Made by a program: the position numbers and the translations under genes | Notes under the pieces: generated by a model | What the model saw: only the letters and a program-made list of their open reading frames with translations | What the model was told of the DNA's origin: nothing | Database searches by the model: none | Shown here: positions 1 through 12,400 of the stretch, one piece after another | Numbering within the stretch: position 1 is the stretch's first letter | How the letters are laid out: each line of letters opens with the position of its first letter | Source: Macrostomum lignano | Taxonomy: Eukaryota | NCBI GenBank assembly: GCA_002269645.1 | Contig: NIVC01000509.1 | Coordinates: 247,449 to 311,448 of the forward strand | Length of the DNA: 64,000 bases | Reading direction: 5' to 3'

Positions 1-172
1 AGGCCAGCGTGCGTCGCGTCTACTTGTTGCTCTAGCAAGTCCGTCAGCGTCTAGGTCTCGAGTCGTAAAGCAGGATGGTCTCGACCACCGCAGTGAGCTC
101 CGTCACCTGTCCATCGCTCGGCACAAAATTGCAGCTTCGAAGTCGTCGGGCACGCAAAACACGGCTGTCTTC
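1..172 (-). mobile_element. Degenerate non-LTR retrotransposon fragment
   Basis: Minus-strand translation AVVETILLY resembles the post-RT 'VETVLLYNxETW' region of RTE-like LINEs; heavily decayed. Confidence 0.3.
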
Positions 173-176
173 TGTG

Positions 177-612
177 TGTTGATAGCCAGGCCGACACTCG
201 CCGCAACAGCAACCAGCTTGTTAAGTTGTCGCTGTTCGCTCTTAAATGCGTATTGAGGAGAGCAGGGCGAGATCGTTGGTGACGTGACGCGAAAGTCAGG
301 AGCTGATTGTTGCTTAATAACGAATGTGAATGCTTGCGATATATTTGTAGAATAGCCATAGTAACTTGACGAGTTAAAGACCGAGAGAAATAGCTTAAAT
401 ATTGTAAATATTGAATTTCACTGATGCAGTGGCACTGTGAGTGGAGAGAGTACAAAATGGCAGAGATTAAGGGGCGAGGCAATAGCTAGCGCTATGATGC
501 ACATGGAACAGAGTAGAGTACGCATAGAGTACATAATGATTTACTGAGTACACGCAGATCGCAAGCTGCGAACAAAGTGACTAAGCGAAGTTAAACAAAC
601 AACCCCCCCCCC
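177..612 (-). mobile_element. Probable 3' LTR with polypurine tract
   Basis: On the minus strand G10 (603-612) precedes TGTT (601), and the unit ends ...ATCAACA (177). No partner LTR in the window. Confidence 0.45.
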
Positions 613-620
613 ACAGTTAC

Positions 621-960
621 TCAGCTCACAACCAAATCAAACGTCACTTCAGTTGGCGTAGCCAAGCACAATGAGCCGCTTCTCTGACTGTCGTCGACCC
701 ACGCGTCACCGCAGCTAAAAACCGTCATCGTTAGTTGGAAGAGCAATCTGCAGCACCCAGTCAAGCACCAGAACGAATAGTTTACTTTCTGGAGAACTCC
801 AGAGAATGTCTCGAACTCGAAAAAGTCCGATAGGCCGTCCAGTGTTGAAACAGCAGCTTTTTTATCACGGTACATTGTCATGCTGGCAGAGACAAGCTGC
901 TCTGGCGCGTTGTACGCATGGAGCACCTTTGAGAGCCTGGACCTGACAGCGCGGTGGCAT
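621..960 (-). mobile_element. RTE-like LINE reverse transcriptase fragment
   Basis: LHAYNAPEQLVSASMTMYRD..AAVSTLDGLSDFF..FSGVLQ matches the LINE RT segment ending in GVLQG; truncated. Confidence 0.6.
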
Positions 961-3900
961 CAAACCTGGGTAATGTCGTCAATTCCGGTTTCTGTCCCTC
1001 TGTACTTTATCAGCTGGCCTATTTAGATTAAGCCCAGACACAGCTCTCATCTCAGCTCTCATTAGCTGGGATGAACGGAATTCCTACTGTTTCTATTTAT
1101 ACTCTGCACTCTTGCAGGCCGTAATTTCTTTACCTGCCGTGAAAACGTTTCTCGCCACACTCTATACTGTCTACTTATCAACAGACGAACTCTGACACCT
1201 TCATTCACACAGCACTCTACTACCCATTCTTGGATTTCTGGACTTCATAATCCGCAATCGTATCGCGGGGATTATGAAAATTTGCCTTATGGGGTCAATG
1301 AATTAGATCCTGAACGGGTTTTGGGCTCAAGTATGCGCCACTCCGTCTCTTCTGTGTCTCTTCTCTGCCACTGAGCACCTTTAGATTTTACTGTACAACA
1401 TCCAATCTCATCTAAAATTTGGAAGGTCTAATTATAAGTTCAATGATTCTTGTATTAAAAAAAAAATTAGCTTTTACTCGTATTAGTTCACTTGTTTAAT
1501 CCAACTTTGCATGAGGCCTGGACTTCACGGCCAGGAGCTTGAATAGTTCTTAGAAGAGGGGAGTGCTTTCTGATCGGTAAGCGTTAATCGGTAAGCCCAA
1601 ATCTTTCTAATGTCTGTTGACAGCTCTTATTCTCAGAATGCTTTATCACGGGAAAAATCTGGGCGAAATAAATGGTTTAAGGCAAATCAGTAGTAGGAAC
1701 CATAAAATTGAAATGAATCTCTATTCATGCTACTAACTTGACTTCTCCCCAAGAGTAAGCTAGACGCGTATCCATTTTTGCACAGCAATTTATATGCAGA
1801 TAGCGCGAATGAGCTTTTCGTGTATTCTGTGACAAGGCCCAGATTATCGTGAATCCATTTGTTAATTTATTCATCAAGGCTAGATTAGCAATCCATTTTG
1901 TCATATGAATTCTTCCATCCGGATTTGCCAATTTTGTCTGCCATGTTGCTTTAGCTGATGACAAATTAACAGTCAGATACTGGTCATCCATCTGTGGTCG
2001 CCTTGTAGGAGACAATAGCAGAAAATCCCCGCTCTTAATTTTCTAAATCGAATCGCACAATTGAACAAGATAGTGGGGAGCACATTTTCATTTGATGGGG
2101 AAAATTGCTGTGAACTGGCAAACCGCCAGGCTGAAAGCCCACCTCTGATCTAGTAGTTCTCGATGGAAGATCTGGACACGACTATCAAGATACAAGTAAT
2201 GAAGTCATACAAAGTCACTGGGCCAAAACCAACAGAATACCGTCGATATAAAATAACTATAAGATCTCTCCTATTCTTAAAGATGGCAAAGATGCTAATG
2301 ATAAGTGATCTTAATTGAAACATATTATTACCAACAACTCTAGTCTGATGAAAACTTCAGAAGATTTTTTATTTAGAAAGCACAACACACGCTTGTGCGG
2401 CAGTAAAGATCCCATTTCGTGAAGCGAACACCAATGAAATGCATTATAGAAAACATATACATGTATACTGTACGAGCTATAATGCTAGCGTTCAGAGAGA
2501 ATGAAGCTCCCGCTCCTACTCCTGTTCCGCCCTCCTCCCATTTGAATTGCTAGTCTAGCTAGAATAATCAGCTCAGACGATATCCAGAATTAACATCCAA
2601 TTCCCACCTAGACTCAAAAGACTGACAAGAAAACCTCTTCCTTTTAATCGAACCCACACTCCAATATCTACAGACCATCTGAAGACAAGTCAGGATCGAA
2701 GTAAACCAGTATAGGTAAGTAGCCTCCTCTTCATTTCACTTAATTGCTTAATTGCTTGCTTAATATCTACGAGTATTTGAAACTGCAACCAACAAGGAAG
2801 TAGAAATAAAACATTTGTGTTGAGGGTTAAAGATTGAGAGAAACGTTGTATCGAACCTACGACTTATTTATTCTATTTAGAAACATAGACGATTTTAGAC
2901 ATCGTCAAAGAGAGAGACAGAAAAATAAGAAAAACAAAAACATTTGACAACCTCATCCCATTAAATGGACGAAATGCATCGGCAACTCAAATAAATAAAT
3001 AACTAACTTCATGTTGATATTTACCTTTATTTATCTACTCTTCATCAAGCGAGCCACTTTACCTGATTTGACAACCTCCATATCTCCATATAGCTGGCTT
3101 GTTGCTAATGACGCTTCGCTGGAAGTTAATTGGATATTTCGTCATCATTTTGTTTTGGTCTCAGCTTCGGAGTTTTACAGTTCTTATGCGACTTTTCGAT
3201 TTAATGAAATTTCGGTCTTGTGATATAATGATATGTGTTTAATGATATTTCGGGTTTATAATATTTTGTCATTTTGATCTGGTGAAAGGCTTTTCAAGGA
3301 TTTTTGGAGTTGTGATATTTCGGTCTTACGATACTCTGTATTTCAATCTTGTGAAGGACGCTGCATTTCGAGTTTGCGGCGTTGTAATATTTCGGTCTTA
3401 TAAACCCAACTCTTCATATTTTTTAAATGACGCAGACACAGATGGTCGGACGAACGAGTGTAAGAAAAAACTTTTGTACCTAGTTTCTTTTGAAAAAAGG
3501 GTGACTGTACTAAGTGGATAATAGCTAAAGATTTGCAACACAACAGTTTTTTTGCAGTCCTGGGTGGATGGGCCGAGGCCGGGAGGGTAAAAAATGGTTC
3601 GATTGTTTGTTGGCCTATTAGACTTGAGCTATTTTTCACTAAGATAAGACCCAACTCCGATGCGACGAACACGAACTTGAGTGTTTATGGAATATTTCAA
3701 CTCGGTAGTCTTAGTAGCTGGCGCTAGTTTTTTAGAATAGATGATCTCTAAGCAGACCCGCCCTGTTTTGCATTTGCGCTAGTTACTTATCTTATCTTAA
3801 TAGTGCTTCCATTGTTTTGAAGCTCGTTTCAAATGGAATTTTCCGAAACTTTTCCAAGCCTGAAATTAGCTAGAGAATTGAGAAAATTTGAGCATACTTC

Positions 3901-4889
3901 GTTTTCTGCGCATGATGTACGCGCTTAAGTGTACACCGCAGCCCGCAATTTGGATTTTTGTACATCTATGAAACGAAGTTTTCTTTTGGATGTGTACTAG
4001 GATGTAGTTGAATCTGTACAGCTGTGAACCGAAGTTCCATCTTTGCTCTTGTTATTTAATCGACACCCTCGTTGCTTTACTCATTATATTTTCATTTCTT
4101 CATTACACACATCGAAGAAAAAGTCTTGATATAAGGTCTAAAAAAGCCTGTATTATACACTGGTACAAGAAATTCTTGGTAAGAAGTTTTCCATTTCCAT
4201 ATGCTAAGTATTTCGTCAAAAGTACATTTTTGTACCAAAGCATTTTGGATCGAAAATTTATAATGGCGTGTAATACGTATAGCTCGTATACATAACGCAA
4301 AAATGGCGCCATAAGTAAGTAGGGGTTTCAGTTCCCTTCTCTCAAGTAAAAGAACAATTTCTTACCAATGAGCTTCAAGTATTTTTATTTTACCTGGTAG
4401 ATTTGAATTTCTTCATTATATTTATTTTAACTTACAACTTCTTAACTTCCGAATAAAGAAGAGGGCAATTTCGGTATGCAGTACTGTAATCTCAGGATTA
4501 GGATTTGTGTTAGGATAGCGACTCTGAAGCACTATCAGTAAGTGTATAGGTCTTAACACAAACCGTTTCGGTCCTGCAGATCCTGCATGTTTAGCCTAGA
4601 ACTGATTTCTAAAATAAAATAATGTGCTCGACAAACAAACAAACTCGAACTATGCTACTGAAGCCGACAGTAGACAGCTATGTAAATAAAAAAAAACTTC
4701 TGTTTAGATGAAATACTATGTCTTTCAAACCGGGACCGCAGCTAAGCTTAAGCTAAACCAACATACATCTTCATTATTAATGCATTATTGACAAATCCCT
4801 AATGCCCTGACCCATGGTTAGAGATGCTCAAGTTCTCTACAGCTTTGTTACGAGTGAATCAGACGAAACTTATTCCCCACTCATTTCCC

Positions 4890-6285
4890 TCATTTCCACA
4901 ACCAATACCTCCTCACTCCATCCCCCTCTTTGCCCTCCCTTTTCCCTCCTTGCCCCTCCCTTCTCCCTCATCACCCATCCCTCGTCCCTCCTCACCCCTC
5001 CCTCCTCCCTCCTCACCCCTCCCTCCTCCCTCCTCACCCTCCTTCATCCCTCCTCACCCTCCCTCCTCACCCTCCCTGTCCCTCCTCACCCCTTCCTCCT
5101 CCCTTCTCCCTCCTCACCCTCCTCTCTCCCTCCTACCCTCCCTTATCCCTCCTCATCCTCACTCCTCACTTCTCACCCCTCCCTCCTGCCTCCTCACTCC
5201 TCCCTCCTCACTCCTCACCCCTTCTTCCTCCCTTCTCCCTCCTTACCCTCCTCTCTACCTCCTACCCTCCCTCTTCCCTCCTTACTCCTCCCTTCCCCCT
5301 CCTCCCTCCTCCCTCCTCCCTCCTCTCTCCTCACTCCTCCCTCCTCCCTTCTCCCTTCTCACCCTCCCTCCTCCCTCCTCCCTTCTCCCTCCTCCCTCCT
5401 CCATCCACCCTCCTCCCTCCTCACCCTCTCTCCTCCCTCCTCATCCTCACTCCTCACTTCTCACCCCTCCCTCCTGCCTCCTCACTCCTCCCTCACTCCT
5501 CACCCCTCCCTGTCCCTCCTCACCCCTTCCTCCTCCCTTCTCCCTCCTTACCCTCCTCTCTACCTCCTACCCTCCCTCTTCCCTCCTCACTCCTCCCTTC
5601 CCCCTCCTCCCTCCTCCCTCCTCCCTCCTCCCTCCTCTCTCCTCTCTCCTCACTCCTCCCTCCTCTCTCCTCACCCCTCCCTCCTCCCTCCTCACCCTCC
5701 TCTCTCCCTCCTACCCTCCCTTATCCCTCCTCATCCTCACTCCTCACTTCTCACCCCTCCCTCCTCTCTCCTCACTCCTCCCTCCTCCCTCCTCACCCCT
5801 CCTCACCCTCCCTCCTCACCCCTCCCTCCTCCCTCCTCACCCCCTTTTTTCCCCTTACCCTCCCTCCCTCCTCCCTCTTCACCCCTTCTTCCTCCTCACC
5901 CTCCCTTCTCCCTTATACTCCTCCCTATTCATCCCTCCTACTTCCACCCTTCTCACCCCTCCCTCCTTACCCTCCCTTCTCACTCCTCACCCCTCCCTTC
6001 TCCCTCCTACCCTCTCTCCTCACCCTCCCTCCTTCCTACTTACCCCTATCTCCTCACTCCTCAACCCTCCCTCCTCCCTTCTCACCCCTCCCTCCTCCCT
6101 TCTCCCTCCTTACCCTCCTCTCTCCCATCTACCCTGCCTCCTCCCTCCTCACACTCCCTCCTCCCTCGTCACCTTCCCTCTTCCCTCCTCACCCCTCACT
6201 TCCCCTCTCTCTCCTTCTGTCTTCCTCTTCCGTCTTTTTCTTTTCACTTCCCACATCCTTCTTTCTCTCTCCTCTCTTTTCCGTC
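4890..6285. repeat. ~1.4 kb cryptic polypyrimidine (CCT/CTC/CACC) low-complexity tract
   Basis: Almost no G on the + strand; it produces spurious P/S/L ORFs in all three + frames. Confidence 0.95.
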
Positions 6286-6431
6286 CTTAATCCTAGAAAA
6301 GTATAAGAATCTTTCTGGAATGACTAGTGCATTTTTTGTATTGTTGTGTATTTATCTGTTTAAACGAATTTGTTAAGATATGATAAGCTTTCTTTTTTCT
6401 TTTTAATTTTAGACCAGAACGGCCGAGCGCC

Positions 6432-9400
6432 ATGAGCAGCTGCGGCCACTTATTTGAGAGTCTGCGGAAGCGCTGTTCAAATTGCAACACAGAACAGAAA
6501 AAGATCACAGGAAAATTTTGTTCTAAATGCGGTCAGTCTGAAAACTGTAACATTGTATGCCCAGAATGCCAAGATGCAGTGCCATTAACGAAATGCAGGC
6601 ATTCGGGTAGTCAATGGCAGAAAATTTGCGCGAAATGTGGTGAAGGATGGGATTCGCTTGATAGCGCATTTTGCTGCCACTGCCCCACAAAAGGTAACTT
6701 TATCTACTTCTGCAAGCTTTGCCCAGTTGAAGCCACTGTTTCTGACCCCAGAAGCATTTTAACGCAATCTCAAGGACAGTCAGACGTTTTCTCGTCCGTT
6801 CAAAGTGTTCCAGCTAACAATGAAGTCACAAACCCTAAATTTAAAGTAGCAGGTTTGCAGGTAGCTGGAATGTGTGGCTCTATTGCAAAAAATACTCTGC
6901 CTGAAAGTGCTACTTATAGCCTAACTGTTGATCAGGCTGCGATAAAACCCAGAGAGAGTGATATGCACGCGAATCTGAGACTAGTAGAAACCACGGAACA
7001 GCAGAGACGAAGTCCACAAAGCATGGATGAGCAAAGGAGAGGTTCACAAAGCATGGATGAGCAAAACCGAGATCCACACAACATGGATGAGCGAAGCAGA
7101 GGTCCACAAAGCATGGATGAGAAAAACCGAGATCCACACAACATGGATGAGCGAAGCAGAGGTCCACAAAGCATGGATGAGAAAAACCGAGATCCACACA
7201 ACATGGATGAGCGAAGCAGAGGTCCACAAAGCATGGATGAGAAAAACCGAGATCCACACAACATGGATGAGCGAAGCAGAGGTTCACAAAGCATGGATGA
7301 GAAAAACCGAGATCCACACAACATGGATGAGCGAAGCAGAGGTCCACAAAGCATGGATGAGCAAAACCGAGATCCACACAACATGGATGAGCGAAGCAGA
7401 GGTTCACAAAGCATGGATGAGCAAAACCGAGATCCACACAACATGGATGAGCGAAGCAGAGGTTCACAAAGCATGGATGAGCAAAACCGAGATCCACACA
7501 ACATGGATGAGCGAAGCAGAGGTCCACAAAGCATGGATGAGCAAAACCGAGATCCACACAACATGGATGAGCGAAGCAGAGGTCCACAAAGCATGGATGA
7601 GAAAAACCGAGATCCACACAACATGGATGAGCGAAGCAGAGGTTCACAAAGCATGGATGAGAAAAACCGAGATCCACACAACATGGATGAGCGAAGCAGA
7701 GGTCCACAAAACATGGATGAGCAAAGGAGAGATCCACACAGCATCGATGAGCGAAGCCGAAATTCACAAAGCATGGATGAGCAAAGGAGAGATCCACACA
7801 GCATGGATGAGCGAAATAAAGGTCAACAAAGCATGGATGAGCGAAGCAAAGGTCCACAAAGTATGGATGAGCAAAGGAGAGATCCACACAGCATGGATGA
7901 GCGAAGCAAAGGTCAACAAAGCATGGATGAGCGAAGCAAAGGTCAACAAAGCATGGATGAGCGAAGCAAAGGTCCACAAAGTATGGATGAGCAAAGGAGA
8001 GATCCACACAGCATGGATGAGCGAAGCAAAGGTCAACAAAGCATGGATGAGCGAAGCAAAGGTCCACAAAGTATGGATGAGCAAAGGAGAGATCCACACA
8101 GCATGGATGAGCGAAGCAAAGGTCAACAAAGCATGGATGAGCGAAGCAAAGGTCCACAAAGTATGGATGAGCAAAGGAGAGATCCACACAGCATGGATGA
8201 GCGAAGCAAAGGTCAACAAAGCATGGATGAGCGAAGCAAAGGTCAACAAAGCATGGATGAGCGAAGCAAAGGTCAACAAAGCATGGATGAGCGAAGCAAA
8301 GGTCAACAAAGCATGGATGAGCGAAGCAAAGGTCCACAAAGTATGGATGAGCAAAGGAGAGATCCACACAGCATGGATGAGCGAAGCAAAGGTCCACAAA
8401 GTATGGATGAGCAAAGGAGAGATCCACACAGCATGGATGAGCGAAGCAAAGGTCAACAAAGCATGGATGAGCGAAGCAAAGGTCAACAAAGCATGGATGA
8501 GCGAAGCAAAGGTCAACAAAGCATGGATGAGCGAAGCAAAGGTCAACAAAGCATGGATGAGCGAAGCAAAGGTCCACAAAGTATGGATGAGCAAAGGAGA
8601 GATCCACAAAGCATGGATCAGCGAAAGGATGAACAGCCAACCAGGAATACTCAAAACCCGATTATTTCAAGCAAATATCACCAGCTTACATGTGAACATC
8701 CCAGCAAATCTTGGTCTGATCGTAGAAACAGTAATGAATTGAATTTAAGAGGTTCAAGATCCCAGATTTCTGAGCAAGAACCGTATTGTAGTCAGGAAGA
8801 TAGACCTGGCGAAAGAAGTAGATCGGCTGCTAAACGGCAACTCCAAAATGAAATCCAACGAAGATTTCCGGAGGAAAAAATTTTTCCCATGAAAGTTCGA
8901 TTTCACATTCTGAATGAAAGCTTTAGTTTCAACCCTGAAAATGACAAAGTGATCATCGTGTTCAGTCACGAAAAATTAGGCGGTGGGAGTGCTGCTCATT
9001 CACCTTTTGAGATTGATTCGACCTGCATGGCTCTTTCACAGTGGAAAGATTCGCAAGAAAAAGTCCACAAGCTTACTGAAGTCTGCTACGAGTTTTTCCT
9101 ACCACAGAGTGCTTTTAGTGGAAAGTGGAACGCTGAGTACGAATATTCTGTCAAAAGGAAAAGAGCGAACGGGCACTCCTACGTGGAGGAATCTCTTCTT
9201 CATTCTGATTCTCGTCATCAAAAGGCTGGTATTTCAAAGCGAGTGGTTAGCGATTTCACTATTAAGTTTGACGGCATTGTGAGCGGGAATAATTTAGCAC
9301 CTGTGTTTGAAAAAGATCAGCACAGTAGCGAATACTACAGAATGATGCTTGAACAGCTGACTAAATGCGCAGTGAGAGAGTTGTCAGAAAGAACGCTTTC

Positions 9401-9488
9401 TCCCACTACGGTCGTCCCTGAGTTTGAATGGGCAATGCACCGCCTCGAAGACAGTGAAATATCCACAGCAACTTCGATTAAGGAACAA
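6432..9488 (+). CDS. RNF213: RNF213 coding exon 1: Zn ribbons, 10-aa repeat array, CBM20-like domain
   Basis: GCC ATG start; VRFHILNESFSFNPENDKVII and YEYSV resemble the RNF213 N-arm CBM20 region; donor CAA|GTAAGT. Confidence 0.85.
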
Positions 9489-12400
9489 GTAAGTTCAAAG
9501 GAACTTATGTTATATACGTCATGTATTCATTTTTCCATCAAATGAATGCAAAGCAAGAGATAGTTTACTAGCAATCTACGCCCCCGTTGGGGAGCCAAAG
9601 AAATGCAATAAACGTTTTTTTAATAAGCTACGTGTAGCCTTGAAATCTTAAAAAATATCCTGTCAAACTTCTAACCCTAACCCTAAATTTCATATTTTGT
9701 CCATGAGTTTTTGCATGATGCTTCTATGATTTTTTGCATGACGCTTCCATTATTTTTTGCATGGCGCTTCCATGATTTTTCGCATGACGCTTCTATTTTT
9801 TTGCATGACGCTTCTATGATAAACATTTTTAATAAGCTACATGAGCTAAGTTATAAGCTACCCTAACCCGAATCTTAACGCTATAACCCTGAACCTAACC
9901 CTAAACCTAAACCCTAATACCAACCCTAACACTAATCCTACAGCCTGACATCTGCATAAGTTTGTGAAGCGCTAGTAGTATTTTTAGCTTAGTATCTTAG
10001 CGTTGGGGAGCCAAAAATGCAGTACAAGTTTTGTAATAAACTACATGTCGCATCTCTTTGCAATATACCTCGGCAGTCCCTTGTAAGCCTTGACATGTCA
10101 GTGATTCCCCCCCACAAGCTTTAACATATCAACTTCCCCCCTTGACATCTCAGCGATGCCCCCCATAAGCCTTGAAGTCTAAAAAAAGTCAACCTTCTAA
10201 CCCTAACCCTAGCCTAACCCCAACCTTAACCCTAACCCTAACCCTAACCATCAAATGAATGCAAAGCAAGAGATAGTTTATTCTACATGCTGACCCATTC
10301 AAACCATTTGGGATCGCGTGTTTCTGCAAATTTTAGAGCATTGCATGACAGCTACTACCATAAAAGGGTGATATAAATACATATAGAACTGACACTGACA
10401 GACCACTGTCACATCGGCTTTATATATCTTAGTTATATAGGAACTTGTATTAAATTGGTACGACTTCTCCCATGTCTAGGAGAAAATCCCCCATGTCATG
10501 CTTGTGGAAAATCCCCCATGTCTTCTCCCATGTCTGTCTTTAACCAACCCAGACCGTAGATATTATATTCCCTAGATAGGCCACTTTGTATTGCGGCAAT
10601 AGGAAAAGCGCGACCGCTGTTTTTCGTCACTTGTGCGAAAAAAGCTAACATGGGTTGCTTAAATTTTTAACTCAGTAGCTTAGGGACATAGACACTATTT
10701 TTTAAGAATTGAATAAAACTTTTCATAAATTAAGTATACGATAATACCCCCCAAAAACGTTTCTTTGGCCATGAAGTTGGCTGAGGACTCGTTTCTTGGC
10801 CGAGGCGCAGCCGATTAATTAAAAAGCTACTCAATTGAACTAAGAATGAAGAATTCACATGAACTCACTGCAGAGACTACTGACGAAATTGAGTTCAGTA
10901 GTTGATTTTCGCGCTGTCGCGAGATGAATTTTTTTTACATTTGCTTCTATGGCCACATCACCGGTTAATGAGTGGCCCATCTTGTGTATATATGATCTTT
11001 GACCCAGACTTAACCAAGTCTAAGTTGGTTAAAAATGTAGAACGGTTGGTTAAAAATGTAGAACGTCTGCTTGGCCATAGACAGTGTCCATTCGTGATTG
11101 ATATCTTATCTTACGAAGAAATGAGTTCTGCGCAACCTAGATAAATTTTTCGCTTTCGTTGCTTGCAATATGAATAGTACATTAATATCCATGCTTTAAG
11201 GGCGTTAATGGGAAAATCAGAGGGCGCCGTTAGGGCCGTTAGGCGCCCGAGGATTTCTCATTAACGCCCTTAAAGCATGGGTATTACTATTATTGTGCCA
11301 TAGACATTTGTGTCCTTGACAAAGTGGGACAGAATAATCGGGCGTTAAATGCCATTGTACCATGACCTTTGTGCCCGCTGGGCACTTATTCTTGCCTTTT
11401 AATGCCATAGACTACATTTAAGCCCGCTTGCAGGAGTCAAACTTACTTTAATTCAAATTAGCTGGCAGTTAATGACTAACTGCCCGCTAATTTGCATTAG
11501 AGTAAGTTTGAAATAGACAATCGGACGTTAAATGTCATTGACATATGGCCAAGCATTCTTAAATGGAATTTACTGCACGGCTTGGGATTTACTGCACAGT
11601 CACGTTATCTATCTATGTCTATGGCTAAAACCAGAAGAATGCTTTGCTCATAAATCAATGAATCTATCACTAGGTTCCTTCGTGCGTAAATAGTCTATGG
11701 CATTTTTTAGACTATTTACGCACTCGAAACCTAGAGATAAATCTACCATTAACTGCCCGCTAATCTCGGCTCTCGGGATTTAATCACATACCGACCTCGA
11801 ACCCATAGAATATCTTATACTTAACTGACCGCTAATTTCGATATTTCTTTCCTGCAAGCGGGCTTAAATGTAGTCTATGGCATTAAAAGGCAAGAATAAG
11901 TGCCCAGCGGGCACAAAGGTCATGGTAAAATTTCGTATATATTTCGGATTAGTTAAATGCGCCTCACTACAACTCACTTGTGTCGTATCGCGTGACTCAG
12001 CGGGTGTACATTGAGTACACTCACTGTTCTATTTTTATCGACTGACTGACAATACTTCATTGAGCGTTTGACTAAGTGTGTGCGTTCGTTCTTTTACCCC
12101 CCCCCCCTGGTGCTTTTAAGCATAAATCATTCTTACGTTCGTTCGTATATACCAAAAATATAAATATCCTCTAGTGAGCTCAGAGCTCAATTCAGAATTG
12201 CGTTTGAATCGCGTTTGAGTGACGTCTCGACAAAGTGCAAGTCTTACATTTGGCGACTTTGATTTCTCGCACTAACAACTATAGAGCTGTTTTAACTTGT
12301 AATCCCAATTTTACTAAATTTCTTCAATCCGTTCATAACAAATAAACGTAAAATTTCCTTTTAGACTGTTCGTTCTTTCGTTGAACAAGTTATGGCAGCC

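Noticed and set aside
1725-2015. Minus-strand ORF faintly resembling a LINE C-terminal region
   Set aside because: No diagnostic motif intact; too weak to call.
4540-4600. Possible Penelope-type hammerhead ribozyme on the minus strand (..GGACCGAAAC..)
   Set aside because: GAAAC and a stem-II-like hairpin are present, but the CUGANGA core is not.
4814-6376. Three long Pro/Ser/Leu-rich ORFs
   Set aside because: Artefact of a G-poor pyrimidine tract that lacks stop codons in every + frame.
7020-8609. CRISPR-like periodic array
   Set aside because: No unique spacers; it is a contiguous coding minisatellite in a eukaryotic exon, with no cas genes.
6910-8742. Long alternative-frame and antisense ORFs (FAHPC, WMSEA, LIHA repeats)
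   Set aside because: Shadows of the 30-bp coding repeat; only the SMDE frame joins the RNF213 ORF.
9660-10250. True chromosome end
   Set aside because: The repeats are short, degenerate and inside an intron with continuous gene structure on both sides.
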